Source: Lysobacterales bacterium | GTDB taxonomy: Bacteria > Pseudomonadota > Gammaproteobacteria > Xanthomonadales > SZUA-5 | DNA: 64,000 nt | Assembly: GCA_022844165.1 (NCBI GenBank) | Contig: JALHMH010000001.1 | Location: 64,001-128,000 of the forward strand | Direction: 5' to 3' | Shown here: positions 38,044 through 48,846 of the stretch, one piece after another | How positions within the stretch are numbered: the first letter of the stretch is position 1 | Layout: each line of letters opens with the position of its first letter | The notes under the pieces: generated by a model | The model's input: the letters and a program-made list of their open reading frames with translations, nothing else | What the model was told of the DNA's origin: nothing | Databases searched by the model: none | Program-made: the position numbers and the translations under genes

Positions 38044-39275
38044 ACGCATACGGCGCGTTGTCGCGCCGGTCCAGTGAAGCGGTGCGAATCGGCAAAGTCC
38101 TGGTCGGCGGTTCGGCGCCGGTCGTGGTCCAATCAATGACCAATACGGACACGGCCGATATCGACAGCACCGTCAAACAAGTTGCTGAACTATGGCGCGC
38201 GGGTTCGGAGCTGGTGCGACTCACCGTCAACAACGAAGATGCAGCCGCGGCCGTGCCGCTGATCCGCGACAAACTCGCGCAGCGTGCGATCGACGTGCCG
38301 CTGATCGGCGATTTTCACTACAACGGTCACACGCTGCTGACGCGCCATCCGGCGTGCGCCGAAGCGCTGGGGAAGTACCGCATCAACCCAGGCAATGTCG
38401 GCTTTGGCGCCAAGCGCGATGTGCAGTTTGCGACCATCGTCGAAAAGGCGATCGAATATCGCAAGCCAGTGCGCATCGGCGCCAACTGGGGCAGCCTGGA
38501 TCAAGCGCTGCTGACGAAAATGATGGATGAAAACGCGGCCAGCGAGGCGCCATCCGACACAGCGACGGTGGCACGCGAGGCCTTGATCTATTCGGCGCTG
38601 CACAGCGCGGAACGTGCCCGCGAAATTGGTTTGGGCGCTGATCAGATCATCATCTCGTGCAAAGTCAGCGGCGTGCAGGAGTTGATTGCCGTGTACCGCG
38701 CACTGGCGCAACGCTGTACCTATCCGCTACACCTGGGTCTGACCGAAGCCGGTATGGGCAGCAAGGGCATTGTCGCGTCCACAGCGGCGCTCGCAGTGCT
38801 GCTGCAGGAGGGCATCGGCGACACCATTCGCATTTCGCTGACGCCAGAGCCCGGCGAGTCGCGCACGCGCGAGGTGATCGTCGCGCAAGAATTGCTGCAA
38901 ACGATGGGTCTGCGTGCATTTACGCCGATGGTGACGGCGTGTCCCGGCTGCGGGCGCACCACCAGCACCTTCTTCCAGGAACTGGCCAAGACCGTTCAAG
39001 ACCATGTGCGCGAGCGCATGCCCGAATGGCGGCTGCGCTACGACGGCGTCGAGAATCTCACGCTGGCGGTGATGGGTTGTGTCGTCAACGGCCCGGGCGA
39101 AAGCAAATACGCCAATATCGGTATCAGCCTGCCCGGCACGGGCGAGGCGCCCAGCGCGCCGGTGTTTGTCGATGGCGTCAAAGTGGCGACGCTACGCGGC
39201 GAGCGCATCAGCGAGGAGTTCGTCGCGATGATCGAAAACTACGTGCAGCAACATTACCAGCCGATCGGAGGGTAG
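38028..39275 (+). CDS. ispG: HMBPP synthase
   Basis: [49 protein letters not shown]. Confidence 0.97.
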   Translation: MVVSVDAYGALSRRSSEAVRIGKVLVGGSAPVVVQSMTNTDTADIDSTVKQVAELWRAGSELVRLTVNNEDAAAAVPLIRDKLAQRAIDVPLIGDFHYNGHTLLTRHPACAEALGKYRINPGNVGFGAKRDVQFATIVEKAIEYRKPVRIGANWGSLDQALLTKMMDENAASEAPSDTATVAREALIYSALHSAERAREIGLGADQIIISCKVSGVQELIAVYRALAQRCTYPLHLGLTEAGMGSKGIVASTAALAVLLQEGIGDTIRISLTPEPGESRTREVIVAQELLQTMGLRAFTPMVTACPGCGRTTSTFFQELAKTVQDHVRERMPEWRLRYDGVENLTLAVMGCVVNGPGESKYANIGISLPGTGEAPSAPVFVDGVKVATLRGERISEEFVAMIENYVQQHYQPIGG

Positions 39276-39277
39276 GG

Positions 39278-39808
39278 TTGAACGCACTGACGTTTCGCTT
39301 CGCCGAAGCCAGCGACGTTTCGGCGCTTGTGCAACTGGTCGAGTCGGCCTATCGCGGTGATGCATCACGTCAAGGTTGGACGACAGAAGCCGATCTGCTC
39401 GGTGGTCAACGCATCGATGCGGAAAGTCTGAATGCAACGCTGGCGAAACCCGACTCGCTCGTGGTCGTCGTCGAGCGCGATCAGACGATGCTCGGTTGCG
39501 CGCATATCGAGCGCCAGGGGACGGGCGCGTACTTCGGCATGTTTGCAGTTGTGCCGACGTTGCAAGGAGGCGGCGTCGGCGCGGCCGTTCTGGCGCACTG
39601 CGAAGGCTTCGCGCGTCAGCAATGGCAATGCGATGCCATGCGCATGAGCGTGATCTGGACACGCAAAGAATTGATCGCCTGGTATGTGCGCCGCGGTTAC
39701 GCCAGCACCGGCGAGCGCAAGCCATTTCCCTATGGCGATCCGCGTTTCGGCGAACCCCGGCGGGACGATCTGTATTTCGAGGTTTATGCAAAGGCGCTGA
39801 GCGAATGA
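39278..39808 (+). CDS. GNAT family N-acetyltransferase
   Basis: AYRG...GWTTEA, FAV.P.LQGGGVG, WY.RRGY. TTG start. Confidence 0.88.
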   Translation: MNALTFRFAEASDVSALVQLVESAYRGDASRQGWTTEADLLGGQRIDAESLNATLAKPDSLVVVVERDQTMLGCAHIERQGTGAYFGMFAVVPTLQGGGVGAAVLAHCEGFARQQWQCDAMRMSVIWTRKELIAWYVRRGYASTGERKPFPYGDPRFGEPRRDDLYFEVYAKALSE

Positions 39809-40767
39809 AGCACGTGATCTGGTTGCTGCTGGCAATGCTCTGCACGAATGTTGCGAGTGCAGTCGACTTGCAGCCGCCGCTGTTAGCGATGAGCAGTGGG
39901 CAAGTGCAGGTCGCCGCCGGCGATATCGTCGGCATCGACCGGGACGCGGGAAAAATCCGGTTTGCGGTCAAAGAGACCTTGCGTGGCGATGCGGACGGCG
40001 AGATCGCACTGCTGGTCGATCCCGGTCCACTGAAAACCTTGTCGGTCGACCGCGGTTACCTGGTGTTTTTCAGTGACCTGACCAAAGGCGCCAAGCCCCG
40101 CACTCTGGTCCGCAATCGCGAGCGCGCGCATGTCCTGTCCTTTGAGGGTGTGAGCCTGGCGCTGTTTCGCGACAACGCGGCGCAGCGTGAGCTCCTGTTG
40201 TCCAATCCTTTGGAACTGGCCGCGAAACCGGGCTATCGCGATCGCGTGCTCGCCGGTCTGAACAGCGGCGATGCGCAAATGGCCGACCTCTGGTCGGGTG
40301 AGTTAGCGCTGCGCGCCGATCGTCTGTCGCCTTATTCGCCGGCTGAAATCGAGAGAATTCGCGACTTTATCGCGTCGCCGACTGCGCCGCCCGCCGGCCG
40401 CGCGCGTCTGCTGCTGCTTGCGCATGATCGACAGCCGGTCCTAGGGGAGGAATGGTTCAGCGCGTCGGCGGCGGCGTTACTCGCCCATTTGCCGCTGGAA
40501 ACACTGCATGAGCCAGGTTTTCAGCAGTTGGCGTTTGCGGCATTGACAGTGGTCGGCGGTCGGCCTGATACAGTAGCGCCCGAAGTACTGGAACGATGGG
40601 TCGGGGCCCCACCAGTATTTGCCGAACTGGCGGTTGCGCTGGTCGGGCGTCAGGGTCGGGATCGCGCCGCTGTGATAACACGGGTATTGGAACAGGTGCA
40701 TTTGCGTAGCGACACACGCACCTATTTGGAAGCCGAGCTTCGCCGCGCAAATGCGGCAGCGAATTAG
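39805..40767 (+). CDS. Hypothetical exported protein
   Basis: Signal peptide, ATGA overlap with the GNAT gene, helical C-terminus. Confidence 0.65.
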   Translation: MKHVIWLLLAMLCTNVASAVDLQPPLLAMSSGQVQVAAGDIVGIDRDAGKIRFAVKETLRGDADGEIALLVDPGPLKTLSVDRGYLVFFSDLTKGAKPRTLVRNRERAHVLSFEGVSLALFRDNAAQRELLLSNPLELAAKPGYRDRVLAGLNSGDAQMADLWSGELALRADRLSPYSPAEIERIRDFIASPTAPPAGRARLLLLAHDRQPVLGEEWFSASAAALLAHLPLETLHEPGFQQLAFAALTVVGGRPDTVAPEVLERWVGAPPVFAELAVALVGRQGRDRAAVITRVLEQVHLRSDTRTYLEAELRRANAAAN

Positions 40768-40776
40768 GGGAAACTT

Positions 40777-43656
40777 ATGTGGCGATTTGGGGTGATGGCG
40801 ACGTTGTTCAGTGCAGCGGCGCTGGCTGGACCGGCGGTTAAGAATGAGGGTAACCTCGAAGTCACGGTGGCACGAGAAGTGCACCGGGATGTGTCGCGTC
40901 CGATGCGCGATATCGTGGCCGAAATGGGCCCGACGCGCCAGACCGACCCAAGCGACAACATCGTGCCGAATCAGATTCTCGATTTCGCCGATTTGCATCC
41001 AGTTCGCGAAGATGGTGAGTTCACGAGCGCTCAGCGCGCACCCTCGGGCGATCCAATGCCGGCGACCTCCGTGCAGTTCAATGCGCTGCGCATTGGCCTG
41101 GGTGGTGGCGGGGTGCCGCCCGATACCACCGGTGAAGTCGGACCCAATCACTATTTCCAGTGGGTCAACACCTCATGGGCCCTGTTTTCCAAGACGGATG
41201 GCTCGCTCCTGAGCGGACCCACGCCCGGCAATTCGTTTTTCGCCGGTTTCGGTGGCCTGTGCCAGAGCACCAATCGCGGCGATCCGCTGGTGCTGTTCGA
41301 CGATATCGCACAGCGCTGGATTGTCAGCCAGTTTGCTTTCACCGCCATCGCCACGGCGCCGTGGCTGCAGTGTGTCGCGGTGTCGACGTCAGCCGATCCG
41401 CTTGGCACCTATAACCGCTATGCCTTCTCCTATCCGTCATTCAATGACTACGGCAAGATGGGCGTGTGGGTCAGCAATGATGGCTCGCAAAATGCCTATG
41501 TGTTTACGATGCATGAGTTCAACACGGCGTCGAGCTTTGTCGGTGCGTCGTTTGCACTGGTGGAGCGCGATCGCATGTTGAATGGGCAGTCGGCGCAGTT
41601 TATCCGCGTCGGCGGTATTTCGGCATTTGGTGCGATTCCGTTTCATCTGGAGGGCGTCAATCCAATGCCAGCCGGCGCCTGCCCGATGTTTGTGCACTTC
41701 CAATCCAATGGCAGCGGCTATCGAATTTGGGATATGTGCGTAGATTGGGCGGCCGGGACAACCAGCTTCGTCAACGCGCCGACGCTGCTGGCTTCGAACC
41801 CGTTTACGCTTGGTCTGGCAGGCATCCCGCAGCTGAGTGCCACACAGCGGCTCGATGACTTCGGCGGCAACACCATGTACCTGGCGGCTTTGCGATCCTT
41901 CGGTCCGAACGGTCCTCGTGAGGCGCGCGGCGTGATCCACCACGCGGTTGATGTGGGCGCCGATCAGGCAGGTGCGCGATGGATCGAGTTCGGGTTCACC
42001 TCTTCGGCCACTCAGGGATCGGGCGATGCGCTGTTCAGCAGCGGCTTTGAGGATGTGACACCCAGCCCGGCAGCGGCGACCGCGCTGAACAAGCGCATCG
42101 TCGATCAAGGCACCTATGCGCCGGACACCACAAGCCGCTGGATGGGCGGCGTCAACATCGACGCCAACGGCAATCTCGCGATGGGTTACAACGCATCGAG
42201 CAGCGCGGTCAATCCTGAAGTTCGGTACACCGGGCGGCTGCGAACGGATTCGGCCGGCACGATGCGCGACGAAGTGACCTGCACGCCAGCGAATACCGGC
42301 GCACAGACCGGAACTTTCAGTGGGCGCGCGCGTTGGGGCGACTACGCAACGATGTCGGTGGATCCTTCGAATCAATGCACCTTCTGGTTCACCAACGAGT
42401 TCTATGCAACAACATCCTTCAGCACTTGGAATACGCGTGTTTGCGCGTTTACGTTCCCAAGTTGTGGTCAACCTGATTTCGTTTTGGAGGTTGGGGACGT
42501 CGCCGCCTGCGGCACCGGCGCCAACGCAGCAACCTCCACCGTTCGGGTTGGTGCGCTCGGTGGTTTCAGTGGCAGCGTAGCGCTTTCCGCCGGAACCCTG
42601 CCTGGCGGCGTCACCGCATCGTTCGCGCCGACGAGCATCGGCGCAGGCGCAACCGCAACCGCGTCGCTCAATGGCGCGAACGCGCTGGCGCCGGGTAGTT
42701 ATCCGTTCACCCTGAACGGCGCTTCCGCTCCGCTGAATCGCACGGGTCAAGGGAACATTGTCGTTTCGGCTGATTCGCCAGCGGCACCTGCTCTGACCGC
42801 GCCAGCCGATGCCACGACAACGTTCGCCATACGCCCCACCTTTACCTGGGCGGCCAGCGCGGGCGCGCTGAGTTACATCGTAGACGTTGCGACCGACGCG
42901 GCGTTCAACAACATCGTGTTCAGCGGCACGACCACCACGACATCGCTGACGAGTTCTGTCGCGCTGACGTCTGGCACCACCTATCGCTGGCGCGTACGCA
43001 GTCGCAACAGCTGCGGCGACGTGACGTCGGCCGTCCGTCAGTTCACCGTCGGCACGCCCGGTGCATGCCCTGCCGGCACCACGCTCACGAGCGCCTTCAG
43101 CGACGATGTACAAGGCGATACCGTGGCTTGGGTCACCGCGTCGGTCTCTGGCGATGCAGGCACGGCATGGTCAAAACGTATTCCGCCTGCCAATACTGGC
43201 TTGCCAACGCGCGCATGGTATGCGGGAAATTCCGGTACCACCGCCGATCAGCGCTTGACCTCGCCGACGATCAATCTGCCGCCCGCAGCACAACGGCCGA
43301 TCTTCCTGAGCTTCGATGCGTATCACCAATATGAGGTCGATGGCAGCACCGATTGCTGGGATGGCGGACATGTCGAAATCAGCGTCAACGGCGGCGCATT
43401 TACGCCGCTCGGCAATGCACGCAATCTGACCGATCCTTACCTCGGTACGCTATCGACCGGTAATCCTGCGCAGGGAACCGAGGCCTGGTGTCGACAACCC
43501 GTCGCTGCTACGGCCATCCGCACGCGCTTCCTGCTCGACGAATTCGCCGGGCAAGCCGTGCAACTGCGCTTCCGCTCGACGGCCGACAGCAATACCGTTG
43601 GCGATGTACCCAACGGGTGGGGCATCGACAATATCGCCGTCGAAGGTTGCCAATAA
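40777..43656 (+). CDS. Large secreted beta-rich protein with FN3-like and C-terminal beta-sandwich domains
   Basis: Signal peptide, PPDTTGEVGPNHY, RWGDY, FN3-like TYRWRVRSRN.CG, C-terminal LRFR...D...GWGIDNI. Confidence 0.75.
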   Translation: MWRFGVMATLFSAAALAGPAVKNEGNLEVTVAREVHRDVSRPMRDIVAEMGPTRQTDPSDNIVPNQILDFADLHPVREDGEFTSAQRAPSGDPMPATSVQFNALRIGLGGGGVPPDTTGEVGPNHYFQWVNTSWALFSKTDGSLLSGPTPGNSFFAGFGGLCQSTNRGDPLVLFDDIAQRWIVSQFAFTAIATAPWLQCVAVSTSADPLGTYNRYAFSYPSFNDYGKMGVWVSNDGSQNAYVFTMHEFNTASSFVGASFALVERDRMLNGQSAQFIRVGGISAFGAIPFHLEGVNPMPAGACPMFVHFQSNGSGYRIWDMCVDWAAGTTSFVNAPTLLASNPFTLGLAGIPQLSATQRLDDFGGNTMYLAALRSFGPNGPREARGVIHHAVDVGADQAGARWIEFGFTSSATQGSGDALFSSGFEDVTPSPAAATALNKRIVDQGTYAPDTTSRWMGGVNIDANGNLAMGYNASSSAVNPEVRYTGRLRTDSAGTMRDEVTCTPANTGAQTGTFSGRARWGDYATMSVDPSNQCTFWFTNEFYATTSFSTWNTRVCAFTFPSCGQPDFVLEVGDVAACGTGANAATSTVRVGALGGFSGSVALSAGTLPGGVTASFAPTSIGAGATATASLNGANALAPGSYPFTLNGASAPLNRTGQGNIVVSADSPAAPALTAPADATTTFAIRPTFTWAASAGALSYIVDVATDAAFNNIVFSGTTTTTSLTSSVALTSGTTYRWRVRSRNSCGDVTSAVRQFTVGTPGACPAGTTLTSAFSDDVQGDTVAWVTASVSGDAGTAWSKRIPPANTGLPTRAWYAGNSGTTADQRLTSPTINLPPAAQRPIFLSFDAYHQYEVDGSTDCWDGGHVEISVNGGAFTPLGNARNLTDPYLGTLSTGNPAQGTEAWCRQPVAATAIRTRFLLDEFAGQAVQLRFRSTADSNTVGDVPNGWGIDNIAVEGCQ

Positions 43657-43667
43657 CCAACAAAGAC

Positions 43668-43691
43668 GGGGCGGGCCTCCGGGTCCGCCCC
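43668..43691. terminator. GC-rich hairpin after secreted protein gene
   Basis: GGGGCGGGCC-TCCG-GGTCCGCCCC. Confidence 0.5.
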
Positions 43692-43984
43692 GCATCCACT
43701 CCTGGTTTGTAAAGCCCAAGTACGTCGCGCAATTCGATAGCGAGTAGCGATCCATACGATCGGCGTAATTGGCTCAAGCGATCGGCTTGCCAAACACGGT
43801 CAGTCGGATCGAGCAGCACGGCTTTGTCGGCTGATGCGTAGGCGCCGGTATCGGTCACAACTACGTTCCCGGCCGCTATGACCAGATGCAGGCGTACGAT
43901 CCAGCCTCTCGCTCATAGCGGCACCGCGGCGCGTGCGCCTCGCGCGGGGCTATCATCGGGTTGACTTTCGATCGACTGGTGACC

Positions 43985-45787
43985 ATGCGCGCCCTTTACT
44001 CACTTGCCTTCGCCTTACTGATGTCGAATCCGGTCGTAGCAAGCGAGTCGACAAAGGAGGTCGAGGAAGATTCCAAAGTCCCAATGGCGTTTGTCGAGGC
44101 ACTGACCTCAAGCAACGAGCAATCGATGGATGCCAGGCTGGCGCAATGGGTCGACAGCGCGGACGACGCGGCGCTGCGGCAGTTGGTACCTGAGGGAGAC
44201 GCGCAGGAGTCCGCGTTGTTCCAGGCGTTGACATGGGTTCTTGTGACGGCAGACGGCTCGCCTCCAACGCAAGCGTCGCTGACGATCGATGACGTGTTCG
44301 CGCGAATTCCCGAAGTGGCGCAAAGCGGGCCGTGGCTCGCCCTGGCGGCGCAAGCGCAGCTTTTGAACGGCCAAATGGATCGGGCACTCGCGAGTGCAAG
44401 AGCGGCTCTTGCTGCTGGCGGGACGCTGTGCACCGATCGTTGCTCGGATCTGGTCGAAGTGTGGCTGAAAACTGGCACCGTTCCGGCCATTGGTGAATGG
44501 CCGAGAATGTCGGTTCCGACAGTTTACAACCCGATGCAGGCGCAGTGCGAATCAGCCAGCGGCGGCGATCCGTTCGAGGCTGCGGTAGTTCGCGGCAATC
44601 TCGGCGTTGACGGCGAGTTGGCGCTGCGATTGCGCCGACAGTGGTCCGCCGCACTGAACGGCTGCGTCGACCATAGCGACTACCAACTCGATGAACTGGT
44701 CAAAGAGCGCTTTCCAGCGATGATGGCGCAACGCTCCTATACGGACGCGCTGCGGTCGTTGTCGAGTGATCTGCCGGCGTCGATTCAATTTCTTGGAGTC
44801 GATCTGCCGCTGCCAGCGAGCGAGTGCGATTTCTCGGGCAATGCCGATTGCGGAACCACCAAGGCACTGAGTCGCGAAACCGCCACAGCGTTGACACAAG
44901 TGCTGCGCAGTTTCTTGACGAACGGTGGCACTTGCCCTGAACCACTTAGTGAGACCGATTCGAAGAAACGCGAAGCGCTCGAAGCGCAGCTGGAAAAGGC
45001 ACTTAAGGCGCTCGATGCGCGCCCCGCGATGGAGCGCTTGAAGGGCACCCAGGCCATCCTCGGCGACGCACGCTTCAGATCGCTCTGGTCGCGACACGTT
45101 CAGTACGCCGTGGTCTGGCGCTTGCAAGCAGCGATGCCTGGCCCAACGGCTGCGCTCGCGTTGGACATCACCCAGGCGTGGAACGACAAGCTGGCCGTGG
45201 AAGTCCGCGAATCGACGTCGATCAAAGATCTCTTGGCCACACTTCTGGTGCGCAACGGCAAGGCCAATCTGGCGCTCGCGGAATTGGAATCGGCGCAACT
45301 GCGTAGCGCCGATGCAAGCCGGGCACTGACCATCAGTCGGCTGCGCGCCGCGGCTGCCGGCGCAGCCGTTCCGCTGCCCGAAACCCAGATCGCCAGGCCT
45401 TGGACGCTAGAGCCGTACGGAAATGAGTATCCGTTTCGCAACGAGATCAGCGATGCCGACATCGCATTTGTCGCTGGCGGCATGCGCGCTTACGCGCGCC
45501 ACGCGTTGGCCCAGTATTGGGCGCAAGCTCTGAGTTCTTCAGAACCACACAAGCCGCTGATCGCCATATTGGAGGAAGCCTATGGCAGCGAAGCGCTTCT
45601 CGATATGGGCGCAAAGGCAGTCGACAGCGCGGTACTGGATGGCGACGCGCATCTGGTATTCGATGGGGTTCACCTGCCGCTGCCGAATGCGTATATCGAA
45701 TGCGATGAAGAGGAGTGCTCAGATGAGCAAACCTGGACGAAAGCGAAAACCGAGCAGGCGATGCGCAGAGCGGGTATGTTGCAGTGA
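43985..45787 (+). CDS. Hypothetical exported protein with two similar TPR-like halves
   Basis: Signal peptide. Repeated F.GV.LPLP...EC motif (FLGVDLPLPASEC / FDGVHLPLPNAYIEC). Confidence 0.65.
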   Translation: MRALYSLAFALLMSNPVVASESTKEVEEDSKVPMAFVEALTSSNEQSMDARLAQWVDSADDAALRQLVPEGDAQESALFQALTWVLVTADGSPPTQASLTIDDVFARIPEVAQSGPWLALAAQAQLLNGQMDRALASARAALAAGGTLCTDRCSDLVEVWLKTGTVPAIGEWPRMSVPTVYNPMQAQCESASGGDPFEAAVVRGNLGVDGELALRLRRQWSAALNGCVDHSDYQLDELVKERFPAMMAQRSYTDALRSLSSDLPASIQFLGVDLPLPASECDFSGNADCGTTKALSRETATALTQVLRSFLTNGGTCPEPLSETDSKKREALEAQLEKALKALDARPAMERLKGTQAILGDARFRSLWSRHVQYAVVWRLQAAMPGPTAALALDITQAWNDKLAVEVRESTSIKDLLATLLVRNGKANLALAELESAQLRSADASRALTISRLRAAAAGAAVPLPETQIARPWTLEPYGNEYPFRNEISDADIAFVAGGMRAYARHALAQYWAQALSSSEPHKPLIAILEEAYGSEALLDMGAKAVDSAVLDGDAHLVFDGVHLPLPNAYIECDEEECSDEQTWTKAKTEQAMRRAGMLQ

Positions 45788-45798
45788 GGAACGGATAG

Positions 45799-46047
45799 TT
45801 GGATCGTCGTCGTCGACAATTGCTGCTGGCGACAGGGGCACTGGCAGCCTGCAGCCAGCCGCGCAATCGCGACATCCTGATCCACGATGTCAGCCAGATC
45901 GAAGCCTTCAAGGTAGCGTCCGTCGTCCGACCCACCAGCAGCGCTGAGATCGCAGCGCGATTGCGCGAATGGCGCGGCCCAGTCTCGATTGGTGGCGGTC
46001 GTTTCAGCATGGGCGGACAGGAAGTGCGTTTCTCGGCAACGCGCTAG
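45799..46047 (+). pseudogene. N-terminal remnant of an exported FAD-binding oxidoreductase
   Basis: RRR signal with LAAC, then DVSQ...VVRP.S..EI...VSIGGGRFSMGGQ (start of a FAD-binding-4 domain), then an abrupt stop at 82 aa. Confidence 0.7.
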
Positions 46048-46079
46048 AGACAGCCAAAATCTGCCATTGATGGCGCAGA

Positions 46080-46330
46080 ACGCAGCACCGACGACTAGAC
46101 CACGCGCCGCCGATGTCCGAAAACGCGTCGTTGTTCGTAGTCGGCGCGCCACCGGTGCCCCGAAACGCGTCATCGACGTCCGCCAATGCGCCATCCACCT
46201 CGCTCGCCGGCGTCATCGATCCCGCGAAACGCGGCATCGGTGGCGCGAACCGAGATACGGCTGACCCAATTCGCGCCATCGCCGCCGCGAAACACGCCAG
46301 CGGCGACTCGCAAACCGCCGTCGTTTCTGG
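46080..46330. repeat. Degenerate ~21-nt periodic repeat with internal inverted repeat
   Basis: AAAC(G/A)CG cores at 46121, 46163, 46227 and 46290, and AAACCGC at 46312. IR CGCGCCACCGGTGCC / GGCATCGGTGGCGCG. Confidence 0.45.
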
Positions 46331-46495
46331 AGCTTTCCATCCGCGGTGCCGCTGAATTTGCGCATTTCCCGACGAACGGTCGTTTCCTGTCTCACGATAT
46401 GAGACGGGCGAGCGTTCAAATGTCACCCGTGCCGAGTTGGCACGCCTCTTCGGCGATGGCGCCGGGGAGTACTGAAGATGACATGGAGAAATACA

Positions 46496-46966
46496 ATGCA
46501 GAACTTCGCTACCTTGAACCTGAGCCAAGAGCAATTCGCCCTGATCGATCAGGCGTTGACGCAACTGGAAGAGCAGATGTCCAGCTTGCAGGCCTTCACC
46601 CCCGCCGACAAGGCGCGGATGGTGAAACTCGGAGACCGCTCCGAGGCCTTCTGTCGCCAATCGCTGCAGATGCTCGCGGACAACCCGCAAATCATCCCAC
46701 CCAACATCGATGTCGCCGATGCGGTGAACGATTTGCAGTCCCGCGATCGGCTGCTGCCTCGCTTGGGTCGCCTGGAACGCCTGCTGCAACGCGGCAACGA
46801 CACCGCAATGGCCTTAGGTGGCGATGCGATGAGCGTTGCGATGCAAGGTTACGGCCTGCTCAAACTCGTTGGCCGTAGCGAAGGCCTGGATGTGCTGAGA
46901 CGCGATCTCGGCAACCGCTTCAGCAAGTCCCGGCGAGCGGGAGCGGAGGAGAAGAAAGCCGCGTAG
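46496..46966 (+). CDS. Hypothetical helical protein
   Basis: GGAG RBS, KLGDRSEAFCRQ motif, followed by a terminator. Confidence 0.75.
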   Translation: MQNFATLNLSQEQFALIDQALTQLEEQMSSLQAFTPADKARMVKLGDRSEAFCRQSLQMLADNPQIIPPNIDVADAVNDLQSRDRLLPRLGRLERLLQRGNDTAMALGGDAMSVAMQGYGLLKLVGRSEGLDVLRRDLGNRFSKSRRAGAEEKKAA

Positions 46967-46988
46967 CGAATCCGCTAACGCAACAACC

Positions 46989-47015
46989 AAAAAACCGCCG
47001 CAAGGCGGTTTTTTT
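46989..47015 (+). terminator. Intrinsic (bidirectional) terminator
   Basis: AAAAAACCGCC-GCAA-GGCGGTTTTTT. Confidence 0.9.
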
Positions 47016-47244
47016 GTGGGCGAAGACAGGAGGGTGCCGACACGAATCATCGGTGAATGACCCGAGAGCGCGGGCGCCATCAATGGCGCTCCTGCAGTAT
47101 CAGGGCTGCGTAGTGGCGCGATTCATCGCGCCCGGCGTCCGTGAGGTCGAACCAGTTGCTGGACAATTCGTTCTGCTTCGATAACAGTCTCCCGGATCAC
47201 GACCGGCTCACAGCAAACCGTCTCGGTCCGATAACTTTCCGAAG

Positions 47245-48846
47245 ATGACCCTAAATATGAAAAAAGCCGCACAAGGCCGCAAGAACAATTTCGTAGGTGT
47301 GAGCACAGAGAGCTTGGTTCGAGGCCAGTTCCAACTTTGGGAATGGAGTTCGAATAAACCCGAGCCGGACGAAGGTGTTGACCTCGTCGTTCAGACGACT
47401 GCTCCAGACTCTGCACCCGGTGCAGTGATTGCAGCACAGATAAAATCGATGCGTGCCAAGAAGGCTTCTGTCACGCTGGAACACGCAGCGGCGTGTCGAT
47501 TGCGCGACCAGCCGCTCCCGGCTTTCCTGTTTGCTTACGATCGGCACGCAAACCAGATTTATTGGGTATACCTCGAGCCCTTGTTTCGAACTAATCAGCA
47601 GTTCTTGAAAGGCAACCCGTTGCGTGTGCAGTTGGACGAAGCATCCAGATTCGCTCATCTCGCGCAAACGTGCCCGGAAAAGCTCTGGGATGCCTTGAAC
47701 GAAGCAAAAGCCCGTGGAGCCTTGAAGCTAGCACCCCGGCTCAGCGGACATGCTTCGGAATTGGAAACGTACTATGCGGAAGTCGATCCTCGTCTTCGTG
47801 TGAAGGCTACGCTGACGGAGCGTGGGGAGAGGTATGCGATTTACGCGAAGGACGAACCGGTCCCTCTGACGTTTCACATCAAAACCTCCAAACCTACGGG
47901 AGTTCGGATTCGCGATCTTTTCGAATGGGGAGGCAGCCTCGATCTCCCAGGCTCATTGACTATGGAGGGTTCAAGAGTCGTCGAAGATATCTTTGGTCCT
48001 GGAGCGGTAGGGCAGCTAACTATCCTGGCGTCGCCGATCTGGACTGGCCGCGGGATTGTCAATATCGGTTCTGAACAAGCGCTACTTCTGTCAGTGAGTC
48101 ACCACCAGGGGAAGGCCGGTGCCGAATGGATTTTCGCAACCGACGGGGACCTTCTGGTCTGTCGCTGCAGATTCACGTTCGGCATGGTCAACGACGAGCC
48201 CATGACCGCCAACATCACGATTGATTTCGACAAGATCCTCGCGGGCTCTGCCGATGATCTTTACAAGTTACGTGGCATCAGCGCGCTGTTGCACTCCAGA
48301 GAAAAAGGGTTATCCCCTCAACTGATGCTACTTCAGCATCCGACCATTCGCCGAAGCATCACGCTACCATCGCAATCTATTGCCGACGCTGCGTTTCGAA
48401 GCCATCTTCGAACGATAGAGGCCTTAGAGTCGCTGTCTTGGGTCGCGGACTTCTGTTCGATCAAACTCGATCGAGAACCACTCGGTGATCTGGAGTTCGA
48501 AGAGATTGAAAGCTGGCTTGCTGCATCAGCGTTGGTGCGCGGTGAGCGTCTCGCGCTGGATCGTGCGACCGCGCGCTTTGAGTTCGATCTCTCGGCGGAC
48601 GAACTAGCCGTCAAGTTTCATTCGGGGTGGGCTCTCGTCCTTCAAACGGCGTGGCTGGTTCGACTTCGAGGTCGAGTGATTGCCGAGATACCGATACGGA
48701 TGGATTTCATCAACTACGATTTCAACATCGATTCCACCGAGCAAGGATCCGCAGCTATCGCACGGCCGCGAGGTGATTCCTCGGCGCGGTATATGTCCAT
48801 TTGGTCTGACAGTCCACCGCTGAGTGCAGCTCTACAAACCGACTAA
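47245..48846 (+). CDS. DUF4365-like PD-(D/E)XK nuclease domain protein
   Basis: N-terminal PDEGVDLVV...AAQIKS, LPAFLF..D...IYW. Visibly lower GC than its flanks. Confidence 0.7.
   Translation: MTLNMKKAAQGRKNNFVGVSTESLVRGQFQLWEWSSNKPEPDEGVDLVVQTTAPDSAPGAVIAAQIKSMRAKKASVTLEHAAACRLRDQPLPAFLFAYDRHANQIYWVYLEPLFRTNQQFLKGNPLRVQLDEASRFAHLAQTCPEKLWDALNEAKARGALKLAPRLSGHASELETYYAEVDPRLRVKATLTERGERYAIYAKDEPVPLTFHIKTSKPTGVRIRDLFEWGGSLDLPGSLTMEGSRVVEDIFGPGAVGQLTILASPIWTGRGIVNIGSEQALLLSVSHHQGKAGAEWIFATDGDLLVCRCRFTFGMVNDEPMTANITIDFDKILAGSADDLYKLRGISALLHSREKGLSPQLMLLQHPTIRRSITLPSQSIADAAFRSHLRTIEALESLSWVADFCSIKLDREPLGDLEFEEIESWLAASALVRGERLALDRATARFEFDLSADELAVKFHSGWALVLQTAWLVRLRGRVIAEIPIRMDFINYDFNIDSTEQGSAAIARPRGDSSARYMSIWSDSPPLSAALQTD

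Noticed and set aside
46080-46330. Possible CRISPR array
   Set aside because: Repeats are short and degenerate with no unique-spacer structure, and no cas genes are present.
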